From a virus (lineage: Duplodnaviria > Caudoviricetes), in the IMG/VR virus record IMGVR_UViG_3300028585_000026, positions 1 to 59,573 of that record: a stretch of 59,573 nt of DNA; one strand, written 5' to 3'. Both the position numbers and the translations under genes were made by a program. The notes beneath the pieces were generated by a model. The model was given only the letters and a program-made list of their open reading frames with translations. It searched no databases and had not been told where the DNA came from. Numbering within the stretch: the stretch's first letter is position 1; every line of letters starts with the position of its first letter. Of the stretch, positions 45,615 through 56,216 are shown piece by piece.

Positions 45615-48600
45615 ATGAGCGAAATCGTAAACGAGGCAGTCATTAAGGTTTCGGCCGACGCCAGCGGCGTCGAGACTGGTCTTCGTGAAGTCGAGAAAGC
45701 GACCGCCAAGACAGGAAAGAATCTCGAGAACCTCGCTGCGACTGCAGGCAAGGCCAGCAAGTCCCTCGAAAACCTTGGTAGCACGCCGGGCTTGCGGACT
45801 GTCGGCGACGGCGCTGGCGCAGCAGCGGGCAAGGTCGACAGCGCGACCAAAAGCATGGCCGAAGCGATCCAGCGCGCCACCGCTACGATGAATGTTGGCG
45901 CGAAGGGTAGCGCCGCCTACTACGCGGCCTTGGCAAATACACGTGGGCTGAACGTCGCGGCGCTGCAGCCTTACCTTGATCAGTTGGATGCCGTCACCAA
46001 GAAGACGGCGCAGGCAGCCGCCGCCCAGCGTCAGCTTGACGAGGGCAATAATTTTCTCGCCGGATTGCGCTCCCAGGCGGATGGAATCGGAAAGACTGCG
46101 TCACAACTAGCCGCCCTGCGCGCCGAGCAGTTGGGTGTTGCAGATGATGCGCGCCCGCTGATCGAGCAGTTGGGAGCTGCAGAGGAGGCCGCCGGGAATG
46201 CAGGAAATTCAGTGAGTGGTTTCGCTGCTGCACTCGCCGCGGCCGGCGCCAGCGCCGGGATCGCGAGCGTGGTGCAACTCTCGGATGCATACGGCAGTTA
46301 CCTCGCCCAACTCAAGCTGGCGACAACCGGCCAAAGCGAGTTTTTGAGGGCTCAGGCATCTACGCAGCAGATTGCCGCCTCCGCCCAGTCGGACCTTGCA
46401 AGCACCGCTTCACTCTACGCGAGCATCACGAAGAGCACCCGCGATCTCGGCATTGCCCAGGCACAGGTGGCCAATATCACAGAAGTCGTAAGTCTGGCGC
46501 TGAAGGTATCGGGGGCAAGCACGCAATCAGCGTCTTCGGCGATCCTGCAGCTATCCCAAGCATTCGCGTCAGGAGTTCTGCGCGGTGAGGAATTCAACTC
46601 TGTAAATGAAGCGTCGCCGCGATTGATGGAGGCGCTAGCCGATGGGATCGGCGTGCCAGTCGGCGCACTGCGCGCAATGGCCGAACAGGGTGCGCTGACG
46701 ACCGAGGTGCTTGCAAACGGATTGCCACGAGCGCTGGAAAAGCTCCGCGAAGAGGCGAAGTCGGTTGAGACGGTCGGCGGCGCGATCACGGTCCTCAAGG
46801 ACAAAACGATGCTGCTCGTCGGTGCCACCGCGCAGTCGAGCGGAGTAGTCGCCGTGCTGTCGGGCGGGATCAGGCTGCTGAGCGATAACCTCGTACTCGC
46901 GGGCGGGGCGATGGCTACCGTTGCTGCTGTCAAACTCGGGGCATCCCTTGCGTCGGCAGCCTCCGGCGCCTACGCCAGCGTAGTAGCAAACAACGCCAGG
47001 CTAGCATCGAATCTTGCGGCCGCCCGGTCGGACGTCGCTGCCACTGCAAGTGCTGCCGCGCTCGCTAGCGCGCGTGTGACCGAATTGCGTGCTGCTGTAC
47101 TCGCTGCCGAGGGCAATGTCGCGCTGGCGATTACTACGAACGCTCTGATTCCCGCTCAGGCGAAAGCCACTACTGCGGCCGCAGCGCACGCAGCGGCGCT
47201 ATCCGCACAGGCTGCAGCTGCAGGCGCGGCATCGGTAGCGGGGCGCGCCTTCAGCGGCGTGATGGCGCTGGCCGGCGGTCCGGTGGGCGTCATCATCGGT
47301 CTGCTGGGCGTGGCTGCTACGATCTGGGGTGTATGGGCAAGCAAGGCGAAAGAGTCAAATGACAAGGTAGCGCAGTCTACCGACGAATCGACAGCTGACA
47401 TGATCAAGCGGCTGGACGAGCAAATCGCGAAACTTCGCGAGCGCAATGCTCTGGCCGCCGAGGACCCGCGAGTCAAGGCCCTGGATGGCATAAGCCAGGT
47501 CGACCGGGATGGACTTGAGCGCGCTCGGGAGGCGCTGGCGAAGAATAAAGCTGACCAACAGGCGAATCGCGACAACAGGCAATACCACCTCAATATTGAC
47601 CTGCGCACGCAGGAAATTGAACTTTCGAAAAACTATGAGGCGGCGCTGAGCAGGGTGGCTACCCTGCAAGGCGAGGTTGCGATTGCAGCAGCACGCACTC
47701 GCAATGAGCGACTCGATCAGTGGTTCGAGAAAAACGGCACCCCGGCGCAGCGTCTTGCGGCGGAACTCGCAGAACTCAAAAAGCAGTTTGGGGCCATTCC
47801 GCCAGAGATGGAAAAGCTGGTGCGCGCCAAGTATGTCGACCCGGCTGCAGCGAAAGCGATCTCGGACCAGGGAAGAGCCGCCAAGGAGTATGCCGATCTA
47901 CTCGCCCGCATCAACGGCAAGAGCCTGGGCGTCGATTCAGACTACGAAGAGAACGTAGCAAAGCTGGCCGCTGGGTTTAAAGCTGGCAAGCAGTCGCTGG
48001 CCGAGTACAACGCTACTCTCGAAAAGTACAACAGCCAACAGCCACGCGCGAAGCAGGCGGAAGAGGACCGGGCCAAGGCCCTCAAGGAAATCAGCGACTT
48101 CCAGACCGAGTATTCGAAAGGCTTGGAGGCGACGAGCACGGTCTATGCCAAGCGCCTGCAGGATGCCGAAACCGAAGCGAGCCGCAACGAGGACCTGGCG
48201 CGCACCTACGGCATGACCACGTCAGCGATCGAGCAGCTGGAGCTGGCGCGGCTGGAGGAGCAGCTGGCCCAGCGCTCGACGCTCGGCCTGACGCTGGACG
48301 AGATTGAGCACCTCGAAAAGCTGATCGACGTGAAGAGGCGCAATGCGGTGGCCGTATCCGCAATGGAGCAGGTCGACGCAGCGAAGAAGGCTGCTGAGGA
48401 ATGGAAGCGCACCTCTGCAACGATCGAGCAGTCACTGACCGATGCGCTGCTGCGCGGGTTCGAGTCCGGCAATGGCTTGGGCAAGAACTTTGTCGAGACG
48501 ATGAAGAACATGTTCAGCACGCTGGTCCTGCGTCCCGTGATCCAGGCGGTGGTGGCGCCGGCGAGCAACAGCCTGGCCGGCATGCTTGGCCAAGGCGGAT

Positions 48601-51281
48601 CGAGTGGTACGCTGGCCAACGCCGGCAGCCTGATCAATATGGGCAAGACGATCTACTCCGGGTTCACCGGCGGGATCGCGAGCACGCTGGGCGGCTGGGC
48701 GAGCTCGGCTGGCTCGATGTTTGGATCGTCGGCCGTGTCGTCGTTCGGCGCGGGCCTGTCGGCGGCGGGCGGCAACACCGGCATGGCGGCGATGTACGCG
48801 TCGGCCCAGACCTCCGGGAACTTGGCCGCTGGAGCCTCTGCCGGCATGAGCGCGGGCACCTACGCCATCCCAATTGCAGGCTGGATCGCGGCCGGAATGG
48901 CCCTGTCGAACAACCTGTACAAGCAGGGCTGGGACGCCAACAACGGCACGGTGAACTCGCTGGGCAAGGTGGTAAATGCGCCGATGTTCCTGGCAAACAA
49001 TATCCTCAAGGGTATTGGGCTGAGCGACTCTGCTGCCAACATCTTCGCCGGCATGGGACCGATCTCGAAGCTGTTCGGCCGGAAGAACCCTGAGATCGAA
49101 GAGGGCGGAGTTCGCGGCTCGATCAGTGCCGCCGGATTCGTTGGCGAGAACTACGCAAAAATCCTGGAGAAAGGGGGCTGGTTCCGCAGCGACAAGCGTT
49201 ACACCGAAACCAACCCGCTGAGCACTGACCAGCAGAGCGGCTTCTCCGACAGTACGAAAGCGCTGATGGATGCGGCGCGCGGCTTCGCTGCAACGCTGGG
49301 CATCGAAGCAAGCATCATCGACGGCTACAACAAGCAGATCACGCTGCAGCTCGGTGCCGACGAGGAAAAGAACAAGGAGGCGATCGCCAAGCTGTTCGGC
49401 AACATCGGCGATGACCTGTCGCTGCTGCTCTTGCCATCCGTGGCGTCCTTCTCGACCGCAGGCGAAAGCGTGAGCACCACGATGCAGCGACTGGTGACGG
49501 ACTACGTCGCCATCGACGAAGCATTCACCGCCATCGGGACGACCTTTGGCACGTCGGGCGCTGCATCCTTGGCGGCGCGGGAGAAGTTTCTTGCGGCGGC
49601 CGGCGGCTTGGAGTCGTTCGCAAACAACGCGGCCTTTTTCCACGAGAACTTCCTCTCCGAGGCGGAGCGCAATGCGCCGGTGTTGAGGTCGGTCACCGAG
49701 CAGATGGCGGCGCTCAGCCTGGCCAGCGTGGACACGCGTGAGGAGTTCAAGCAGGCGGTGCTCGCCCTGACTGAGAGCGGCGCGCTGGCAACCGAGGAGG
49801 GCGCTGCTCGCTACGCGGCATTGATGAAGGTGCAGGCCGGCTTCGCGCAGGTCTATCCGGCGATCGATGCTACGGCCGAAGCGGCCGCGCGCGCGGCAGA
49901 CGTTCTACAAGAGCGGAATGACCTGCAGCGGGAACTCGACCAGCTCACACTTTCGGCAGCCGAACTGTTGGCCCAACAGCGCGCCGCGCTCGACGAGAGC
50001 AACCGCGGGCTGTTTGACCAGATACAGGTGATCAAGGCCAAAACGGCGGCGGAGGAGGCGGCCACCGAGGCAGCCCAGAAGGCGAAAGATGCTGCCGCGT
50101 CGCTGATGTCTGGCGTAGACGGCGCGTTCTCGGTCCTCCAGAAGGTGGCCGACCGCCAGAAGAAGGCGCTGCAGGAAGAGATCAACGTGCGCACGCAGTC
50201 GGTCCAAAAGATCGAAGCGCTTTCCCAGTCCCTGCGCAGCACGCTGGAGGGCATGACAGTTCAAGGCCGCGAGGCTGAGGACCGCCAGGCAGCCCAAGCG
50301 CAGATCCAGGCGGCGCTGGCCATCGCGAAAGCGAGCGGCAAGCTGCCGAACGCGGACGACCTGAAAACGGCCCTGTCGGTGGTCAGCAAGGATTCGGCCA
50401 ATCTGTTCGCCACGCAGGAGGACTACCTGCGCGACTTCTACGCCACCCGGATCGGTATCGAGGATCTGGCAGGCCTGACCGACGATGCACTGTCGGTCGA
50501 GGAGCGCAGCTTGGCCAAGCTGGAGGACCAGGTAAAGCAGTACGACCTGATGCTCGAGCGCGAGCAGGAGCAGATCGACGTCCTCAAGGGCATCAGCACC
50601 ATCGGTCTTTCGATCGAGCAGGCCATCCAGGCGCTGCACGGCGCAATGCAGGCCGCCAGCGCGAACCCGGTCAACTCGGCCACGTCGGCGATTAACCAAG
50701 CCTACCAGTCCGCTCTCGGCCGTGCGCCGGATCAGGCTGGGCTCGACTACTGGAAAGACCGGGCCGCTGGCGGTATCTCGACCGGCGCCATCGTCGATTC
50801 GATCAAGGGTTCGCCTGAGGCGCAGATCCAGAAGCTGTACCAGGACGTGTTCGGCCGCCCGGCTGATGCGGCCGGGTTGAGTTATTGGGTCGACCGGCTC
50901 AGCGGTGGGATCAGCCTGGGCGCCATCCGGGGCACGCTGGAAGACAGCGACGAGGCCAAAAAGAAGCTTCGCGGCTTCGCCGTTGGCACCAACTTCATCC
51001 CGGCCGACATGCCAGCGATGGTCCACCAGGGTGAGCGGATCATTCCTGCGGCTGACAACCGCGAACTGATGCGCCGCCTGGCCAGCCCAGAGCAGGGCAG
51101 CAATGCGTTGATCGCCGAGATCCGCGCGCTCCGTGAGGAGGTTGCTCTTCTGCGCGGAGAGGCCGAAAGGGGAACGGACGCGGCTGTGCAGCTCGCCGAT
51201 CAGTTCGACAACGTAACGGACGGCGGAAACGCTTGCCGCGTCGAAGTCATCAATAAAGTGCGCACCAAGGAGACCGCATGA
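45615..51281 (+). CDS. Tape measure protein
   Basis: 1888 aa, Ala-rich; QLSQAFASGVLRGEEFNSVNE tape-measure motif. Confidence 0.95.
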   Translation: MSEIVNEAVIKVSADASGVETGLREVEKATAKTGKNLENLAATAGKASKSLENLGSTPGLRTVGDGAGAAAGKVDSATKSMAEAIQRATATMNVGAKGSAAYYAALANTRGLNVAALQPYLDQLDAVTKKTAQAAAAQRQLDEGNNFLAGLRSQADGIGKTASQLAALRAEQLGVADDARPLIEQLGAAEEAAGNAGNSVSGFAAALAAAGASAGIASVVQLSDAYGSYLAQLKLATTGQSEFLRAQASTQQIAASAQSDLASTASLYASITKSTRDLGIAQAQVANITEVVSLALKVSGASTQSASSAILQLSQAFASGVLRGEEFNSVNEASPRLMEALADGIGVPVGALRAMAEQGALTTEVLANGLPRALEKLREEAKSVETVGGAITVLKDKTMLLVGATAQSSGVVAVLSGGIRLLSDNLVLAGGAMATVAAVKLGASLASAASGAYASVVANNARLASNLAAARSDVAATASAAALASARVTELRAAVLAAEGNVALAITTNALIPAQAKATTAAAAHAAALSAQAAAAGAASVAGRAFSGVMALAGGPVGVIIGLLGVAATIWGVWASKAKESNDKVAQSTDESTADMIKRLDEQIAKLRERNALAAEDPRVKALDGISQVDRDGLERAREALAKNKADQQANRDNRQYHLNIDLRTQEIELSKNYEAALSRVATLQGEVAIAAARTRNERLDQWFEKNGTPAQRLAAELAELKKQFGAIPPEMEKLVRAKYVDPAAAKAISDQGRAAKEYADLLARINGKSLGVDSDYEENVAKLAAGFKAGKQSLAEYNATLEKYNSQQPRAKQAEEDRAKALKEISDFQTEYSKGLEATSTVYAKRLQDAETEASRNEDLARTYGMTTSAIEQLELARLEEQLAQRSTLGLTLDEIEHLEKLIDVKRRNAVAVSAMEQVDAAKKAAEEWKRTSATIEQSLTDALLRGFESGNGLGKNFVETMKNMFSTLVLRPVIQAVVAPASNSLAGMLGQGGSSGTLANAGSLINMGKTIYSGFTGGIASTLGGWASSAGSMFGSSAVSSFGAGLSAAGGNTGMAAMYASAQTSGNLAAGASAGMSAGTYAIPIAGWIAAGMALSNNLYKQGWDANNGTVNSLGKVVNAPMFLANNILKGIGLSDSAANIFAGMGPISKLFGRKNPEIEEGGVRGSISAAGFVGENYAKILEKGGWFRSDKRYTETNPLSTDQQSGFSDSTKALMDAARGFAATLGIEASIIDGYNKQITLQLGADEEKNKEAIAKLFGNIGDDLSLLLLPSVASFSTAGESVSTTMQRLVTDYVAIDEAFTAIGTTFGTSGAASLAAREKFLAAAGGLESFANNAAFFHENFLSEAERNAPVLRSVTEQMAALSLASVDTREEFKQAVLALTESGALATEEGAARYAALMKVQAGFAQVYPAIDATAEAAARAADVLQERNDLQRELDQLTLSAAELLAQQRAALDESNRGLFDQIQVIKAKTAAEEAATEAAQKAKDAAASLMSGVDGAFSVLQKVADRQKKALQEEINVRTQSVQKIEALSQSLRSTLEGMTVQGREAEDRQAAQAQIQAALAIAKASGKLPNADDLKTALSVVSKDSANLFATQEDYLRDFYATRIGIEDLAGLTDDALSVEERSLAKLEDQVKQYDLMLEREQEQIDVLKGISTIGLSIEQAIQALHGAMQAASANPVNSATSAINQAYQSALGRAPDQAGLDYWKDRAAGGISTGAIVDSIKGSPEAQIQKLYQDVFGRPADAAGLSYWVDRLSGGISLGAIRGTLEDSDEAKKKLRGFAVGTNFIPADMPAMVHQGERIIPAADNRELMRRLASPEQGSNALIAEIRALREEVALLRGEAERGTDAAVQLADQFDNVTDGGNACRVEVINKVRTKETA

Positions 51282-52213
51282 CTGTAAAGGTGAGGGTCAT
51301 GGTCCCGATCGACGTCAAGGCCAGCATGATCAAGGCCGGGACGTCGGTCCCTGAGCCAGACGTATCGAAGGGGGAGGTGGCGTGGGTCGCGAGCGCGAGC
51401 CAGGTCGTAGGCAATGAGCGCACGTACAACGGGTCCATCTGGATCTGCGCACAGGCGCATTCTGGCCGCACGATAACTCCAGACCTCGATGCACTTTACT
51501 GGGCGCGGCTGGGACCGACAAACCGCATGGCGCCATTCGATGACTATTCGAACACGAAAGTGGTCGGTGTCACGTCGATGACCTATGTTGTGCAGCCCGG
51601 TTTTCTGAATGGCCTCGCGGTCTACGGCATGGAAGGAGCAACCTACAGCATCGTTGTCCGCGATGCCCCGGGCGGCACGGCTATGCGCACGCAGGCCGGC
51701 GATCTGTACAGCCAGGCAGCAGGCTTCTATGAGCTGCTGTACTCACCGCTGCTGCCGACTGAGCAATTGTCGTTCGACGACATCCCGCTGTCGCCGACGG
51801 CAGAGGTGACCATCACTGTGACATCGGCACCCGGCGGGCGCGTTGCGATCGGGACCATCAAGATGGGCGACTGGCGCCAGTTCGTCGAGAACGGCATGCC
51901 AGGTGGCACGCGGCATGGCGCCGAGTCAACTCGCAAGAGCCGCACGCTGCGCGAATACAACGCCGACGGCACCTACAAGATCGTCCGCCGCGCCAGCAGC
52001 CGGGACGTCACCTGCAGCATCGTCGTCCATCCAGATCAGGCGATGCAGGCAGACGCGATCTTGGGTGAGGTCGAGGACTTGGCCGTTCCATTCGAGGCGA
52101 GCGGTCTGCCGAAGTACGGCTACCTGAACACGCTCGGATTCGTCACCGGAACCATTCGCGCGGACTCACCGGGCACGTCCAGTATTAATTTGAAAGTTGA
52201 AGGGAATATCTGA
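51278..52213 (+). CDS. Distal tail / tail-tip protein
   Basis: Follows the TMP; beta-rich. Confidence 0.7.
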   Translation: MTVKVRVMVPIDVKASMIKAGTSVPEPDVSKGEVAWVASASQVVGNERTYNGSIWICAQAHSGRTITPDLDALYWARLGPTNRMAPFDDYSNTKVVGVTSMTYVVQPGFLNGLAVYGMEGATYSIVVRDAPGGTAMRTQAGDLYSQAAGFYELLYSPLLPTEQLSFDDIPLSPTAEVTITVTSAPGGRVAIGTIKMGDWRQFVENGMPGGTRHGAESTRKSRTLREYNADGTYKIVRRASSRDVTCSIVVHPDQAMQADAILGEVEDLAVPFEASGLPKYGYLNTLGFVTGTIRADSPGTSSINLKVEGNI

Positions 52214-52917
52214 TGGCATTTACTCCAGTACCGCCGATGACGGACACCCCGCCGTTTCCGGCCCTCTCGGATCGCGCAGCTGGCAGCTACAACAGCAAGG
52301 CATTCGCCTTCGGCACGCACATGGCTGAAACGTTCAACGGTGAACTAGCCGCAGTGGCGGGGAGCGCGGCCGCGAATGCCGCCGAGGCAGCGGCGAAAGC
52401 TGTTGCTGCGAGTGAATCGGCGCAGACCGCTGTGTCGGCCGCCGAAGATGCGGCGCAGCTTGTCGGCGTCAACGCGTGGGTCAGCGGCACAGCGTACGCA
52501 AAGAATGTCGCCGTGATCAGCCAGGTCAACTTCCAGACCTACCGCCGACGAGTGGCAGGCGCGGGCACCAGCGACCCGGCGAACGATTCGACGAACTGGG
52601 CGATGTTGACCGGTGCCGGGTCGTTCATTCCACAGCCAGTGGCTGCATCGTCTCTCAACCTTGCCGCCGGTAATTATTTCACCCGGACGCAGACGGCGAA
52701 CCAGACCTATTCGTTCGACAATTGCCCGCAGGATGGCTACAGCTTCACGCTGGAGCTGACGGTTACCGGCGGGGTTGCGACCTTGCCGACGTCGGTAAAG
52801 ACCCCGAGCGACAACCCATACACGCTCACTGCCGGCAAGACCCACCTTCTGATGTTCGTCACCTCGAACCGTGGCGCCCGCTGGCGCCTTGCGGCTGCCA
52901 CCAACTACACGACCTGA
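52213..52917 (+). CDS. Tail protein with carbohydrate-binding-like module
   Basis: AWVSGTAY...DPANDSTNW. Confidence 0.65.
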   Translation: MAFTPVPPMTDTPPFPALSDRAAGSYNSKAFAFGTHMAETFNGELAAVAGSAAANAAEAAAKAVAASESAQTAVSAAEDAAQLVGVNAWVSGTAYAKNVAVISQVNFQTYRRRVAGAGTSDPANDSTNWAMLTGAGSFIPQPVAASSLNLAAGNYFTRTQTANQTYSFDNCPQDGYSFTLELTVTGGVATLPTSVKTPSDNPYTLTAGKTHLLMFVTSNRGARWRLAAATNYTT

Positions 52918-52920
52918 GCT

Positions 52921-53694
52921 ATGGACCCAACAACACTTCGGATGATGATGGGGGCGGCGGCAGGGAATCCAGTCGGTCAAATGGAATGGCGGGATGGGGC
53001 AACAGCATCGTTTGTAGTCCCTGACGGGGTATTCAAGCTTTGTGCGGTAGCCGTTGGCCCAGGCCAGCGAGGCTCTGCCAATTCAGCAGGGGCGACGTCT
53101 GGCGGCGCTGGTGGAAGGGGTAGCGACCTTCGCTGGATTAACGACTTGCCAGTGACCCCCGGCGAGACGCTGACCATCTCCATTCAATTCGCGAATGGCA
53201 CTGGCTCGGGAGCTCGCATCCTGCGCGGTAGCAATATCCTTTTGCGCGCCGACACCGGCAACTCTACGCCTTTAGGAGCCGGCCCGTTTGGCGGCATTGT
53301 CGGCGGAGGGAATGGCGGGCTTGGCGGATTTGGCCCCGTAGAAACCGTTACTTGGTGTGGTGGCGGAGGCGGAGCTGGCGGGTATTCCGGGTCTGGGGGG
53401 CGCGGCGCCGATGCGCAATCGGGAGGCGGCGGTGTTGGCCAAGGCGGGGCAGGAGCTGGTGGGAATAGCACTAGAGTCACAGGCGGTCACGGCGGCGGCG
53501 TGGGGCTAGGCGGAGAGGGGGCGTCGGGGGCCACAGGCAGTGCGGATGGCAGCCCGTTCTCAGATCGCTCATTCGGCGGCGGCGGACCAGGTGACACATC
53601 GGGAAGCCCAACAGGTGGAATAGGCGGCATCCGCGTTATCTGGGGCGATAACCGAGCGTTCCCATCCACCCGAACTACAGATCAATTCCCATAA
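52921..53694 (+). CDS. Glycine-rich tail fibre protein
   Basis: FVVPDGV, VTPGETLTI, GGGGGAGGY. Confidence 0.7.
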   Translation: MDPTTLRMMMGAAAGNPVGQMEWRDGATASFVVPDGVFKLCAVAVGPGQRGSANSAGATSGGAGGRGSDLRWINDLPVTPGETLTISIQFANGTGSGARILRGSNILLRADTGNSTPLGAGPFGGIVGGGNGGLGGFGPVETVTWCGGGGGAGGYSGSGGRGADAQSGGGGVGQGGAGAGGNSTRVTGGHGGGVGLGGEGASGATGSADGSPFSDRSFGGGGPGDTSGSPTGGIGGIRVIWGDNRAFPSTRTTDQFP

Positions 53695-53703
53695 GGAGGC
53701 GCC

Positions 53704-54210
53704 ATGTACTACCAGCCTGAAACCGGCCGCTTGTTCGGCCTGCACACTGAAATTCGCTCGGAGCTGCCGCATGTGATGTTCGGTGCTTCTATCGCCGAGG
53801 AAGATTTGGCGTTTGTTGGCATCTTCCCATTGAGTAGCGAGAGGCCCGAGCTCGAGCCGGGCCAGGTCGCGGAGCCTGCCATGATCGACCTTGTGGACGG
53901 CCAATGGACGCAACTGTGGACCGTGCGCGACGCGACGCCGGAAGAGATGAACGCGCTGAAGCCGCCGGTACCGCAGCAAATCACTTCGGGCCAAGGCCGC
54001 GAGGCACTTTACAACGCCGACCTGTTCGCAAATGTCCAGCCCGCCATCGATGCGATCGACGACGTCGATACGAAATGGCGTGTACAGAACGCATGGGACT
54101 ACCGCCCTACGTGGGAGCGGCAGTCTCCATTCGTGGCCATGATGGCCGGCATCCTGGGCCTGGACGGCGCAGCACTCGATCAGCTGTTCATCACCGCTGC
54201 AGCGCTGTAA
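53704..54210 (+). CDS. Tail fibre-associated protein
   Basis: WTQLWTVRD, VPQQIT, LDQLFITAA. Confidence 0.7.
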   Translation: MYYQPETGRLFGLHTEIRSELPHVMFGASIAEEDLAFVGIFPLSSERPELEPGQVAEPAMIDLVDGQWTQLWTVRDATPEEMNALKPPVPQQITSGQGREALYNADLFANVQPAIDAIDDVDTKWRVQNAWDYRPTWERQSPFVAMMAGILGLDGAALDQLFITAAAL

Positions 54211-54237
54211 AGCAGCCTGCGCCAGCCACCTCGCAAC

Positions 54238-54261
54238 AGCCCGCTTCGGCGGGCTTTTTTT
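54238..54261 (+). terminator. Intrinsic terminator
   Basis: AGCCCGC-TTCG-GCGGGCT plus T-tract. Confidence 0.8.
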
Positions 54262-54281
54262 ACGCCCGTCGAAAGGCCGCA

Positions 54282-54515
54282 ATGAAAATCACCCCGCCCG
54301 AAATGGGCAGCTATGCCGGCGGTGCCGTCGCAATCGGCACGTCCCTGACGCTGACCCAGGTCGGCATCATCGTCGGCATCGTCACCGCGCTGCTGACGTT
54401 CGGCCTGAATGCCTGGTACACGGCGAAGAAGAACGCACGCGAGCAGCGGCTGGCCGACCTCGAGGCGCGCGAGCGGGAAGTGCGCCTGGCGCAGCTCGCC
54501 CAGATCGGCAAATAA
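54282..54515 (+). CDS. Holin (HP1-like)
   Basis: TM segment VGIIVGIVTALLTFGLNAWY, charged C-tail. Confidence 0.75.
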   Translation: MKITPPEMGSYAGGAVAIGTSLTLTQVGIIVGIVTALLTFGLNAWYTAKKNAREQRLADLEAREREVRLAQLAQIGK

Positions 54516-54564
54516 CCACCCAGCGCCGGCCGCATGCCGGCGCGCAAACCGAAAGGATCGAACC

Positions 54565-54777
54565 GTGAATTTCATCGAAGATGCACGCAAGCAGTTCCCG
54601 AAACTCTGGTCGGTACGCTTCGCGCTGCTGGCGGCCATCGCCTCGGCCGTCGAGGCCGGCATGCACCTGTACGCCAGCGGCACCGCGCCCATCCTGGTGG
54701 TGGCCGCCGGCCTGACCTCGCTCGGCGCCGCGATCGCGCGCGTGGTGGCGCAACCGTCGGTGACTGGCAATGGCTGA
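54565..54777 (+). CDS. Second holin/antiholin-like 2-TM protein
   Basis: KLWSVRF, ARVVAQ; immediately before the endolysin. Confidence 0.7.
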   Translation: MNFIEDARKQFPKLWSVRFALLAAIASAVEAGMHLYASGTAPILVVAAGLTSLGAAIARVVAQPSVTGNG

Positions 54778-55258
54778 GCGCTCGACGACCCAGCGGCGCG
54801 GCCTGGTCGCGCTGGTCGGCGCCGTGGCCGCGACCGCGCTGCTCAGCTTCACGCCGGCATTCGAAGGCACCGAACTGTCCACCTACCGCGACATGGGCGG
54901 CGTGCTCACGTACTGCACCGGCGCTACCGAGAACGCCGCTTGGGGCAAAACCTACACGCCCGACCAGTGCCGGGCCCAGCTGGACCGCGACCTGGAGCGA
55001 CACGCGGCCGGCATCGCCACGTGCATCCCGCTCGCGCGCCTGACCGATGGCCAGAAGGTGGCCTTCGTTGATGTCGCCTACAACATCGGGGTCAGCGGGT
55101 TCTGCGGCTCGAGCATGGCGCGGCGCACGAACGCCGGCGACATGGCCGGCGCGTGCAATGCGCTGCTGCTGTGGAACAAGGTCGGCGGCAAGGAAGTGCG
55201 CGGGCTCACGCGCCGGCGCCAGGCTGAGCGCGAACTGTGCCTGCGGGGCCTGCCATGA
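54770..55258 (+). CDS. SAR endolysin, GH24 lysozyme
   Basis: N-terminal SAR helix, FEG...YRD...T triad, YNIG, GLTRRRQAE. Confidence 0.92.
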   Translation: MAERSTTQRRGLVALVGAVAATALLSFTPAFEGTELSTYRDMGGVLTYCTGATENAAWGKTYTPDQCRAQLDRDLERHAAGIATCIPLARLTDGQKVAFVDVAYNIGVSGFCGSSMARRTNAGDMAGACNALLLWNKVGGKEVRGLTRRRQAERELCLRGLP

Positions 55259-55602
55259 AATTGCGTCTGATGGAAGAACTCGTGATGTTTCATTGCCCCG
55301 GCTGCAGTGAGGATCATGCGATCACGGTGCGCGCGAGCGATATCCCGGGCCCGGTGTGGTCGTTCAACGGCGACGCGGCGCGCCCGACGTTCTTGCCCTC
55401 AATCCTCGTGAGCGCCCCACTCTGGGAGCCACCGGTCAACGCCAGCAACTGGGCGGAGTGGCGCCGCGCGCCGTGGGAGCAAAAGCAGGTCGACCACATC
55501 TGCCACAGCTTCGTGACCGACGGCCGCATCCAGTTCCTCGACGATTGCACGCACGCGCTCGCTGGCCAGACGGTCGACCTGCCGGATTGGGGGCAACCAT
55601 GA
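55255..55602 (+). CDS. DUF6527-like metal-binding protein
   Basis: HCPGC, WSFNGD..RPTF.PSI, CHSFVTDGRIQFLDDCTH. Confidence 0.7.
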   Translation: MKLRLMEELVMFHCPGCSEDHAITVRASDIPGPVWSFNGDAARPTFLPSILVSAPLWEPPVNASNWAEWRRAPWEQKQVDHICHSFVTDGRIQFLDDCTHALAGQTVDLPDWGQP

Positions 55603-55976
55603 TCCCGATCCAGTACCGCGCGCTCGCGGCCGGCCTGGCGCTGCTGCTCGCAATGGCCCTGGCCGCCACCGCCGGCTGGTTCGTGAACGGATGGCGGCAC
55701 GGCGCCGAGATCGCCGAGCTGCAGCGCGCGCACGCGGAAACGATGCGCAGCCAGTCCGAGCTGGCCCTGTCCACTCTGCAGGCCGACGCCGCGCTCATCG
55801 CCCAGGCGGCCACCGAGTTCGCCACCATTCAATCCACCCTCGCGCCGCGCATGACGGCGCTCACCAAGGAGCTGCGCAATGCACCGAAACTACCTGCTGG
55901 CTGTGTGCCTGGCCCTGAGCGCGTGCGCAACCTCGACGCCGCAATCGACGCCGCCAACAAAAGCATCCCTCGATAG
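55599..55976 (+). CDS. i-spanin (Rz-like)
   Basis: N-terminal TM plus coiled coil. Confidence 0.75.
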   Translation: MIPIQYRALAAGLALLLAMALAATAGWFVNGWRHGAEIAELQRAHAETMRSQSELALSTLQADAALIAQAATEFATIQSTLAPRMTALTKELRNAPKLPAGCVPGPERVRNLDAAIDAANKSIPR

Positions 55977-56121
55977 CGCGCTGGCGGCGCCGTGCCCACG
56001 GGTGGAGCGGCCGACCGCCGATGACTTCGACGCGTGGCAGGCCTGGGCGATCGAGCTTCTGCAGCAATATGCCGAGTGCGCGGCGCGTCACGCCAAGGCG
56101 GTTCAGGCCTGGCCGAAGTGA
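55879..56121 (+). CDS. o-spanin (Rz1-like lipoprotein)
   Basis: Lipobox LSAC, overlaps Rz, YAECAARH. Confidence 0.75.
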   Translation: MHRNYLLAVCLALSACATSTPQSTPPTKASLDSALAAPCPRVERPTADDFDAWQAWAIELLQQYAECAARHAKAVQAWPK

Positions 56122-56216
56122 ACCGCTATCTTTGATCTCTAGCGGTTCATAGTCGATTTTTCGAACGACCGTGCGCATACAATGGGGCTATCCAAATTGG
56201 ACCCGAAGGTTGCCGC

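Noticed and set aside
53280-53630. GG-rich tract as another guide array
   Set aside because: It has a 3-nt period explained by glycine codons of the tail fibre gene
51278-54210. Diversity-generating retroelement or invertible tail-fibre cassette
   Set aside because: No reverse transcriptase, invertase or template/variable repeat pair seen
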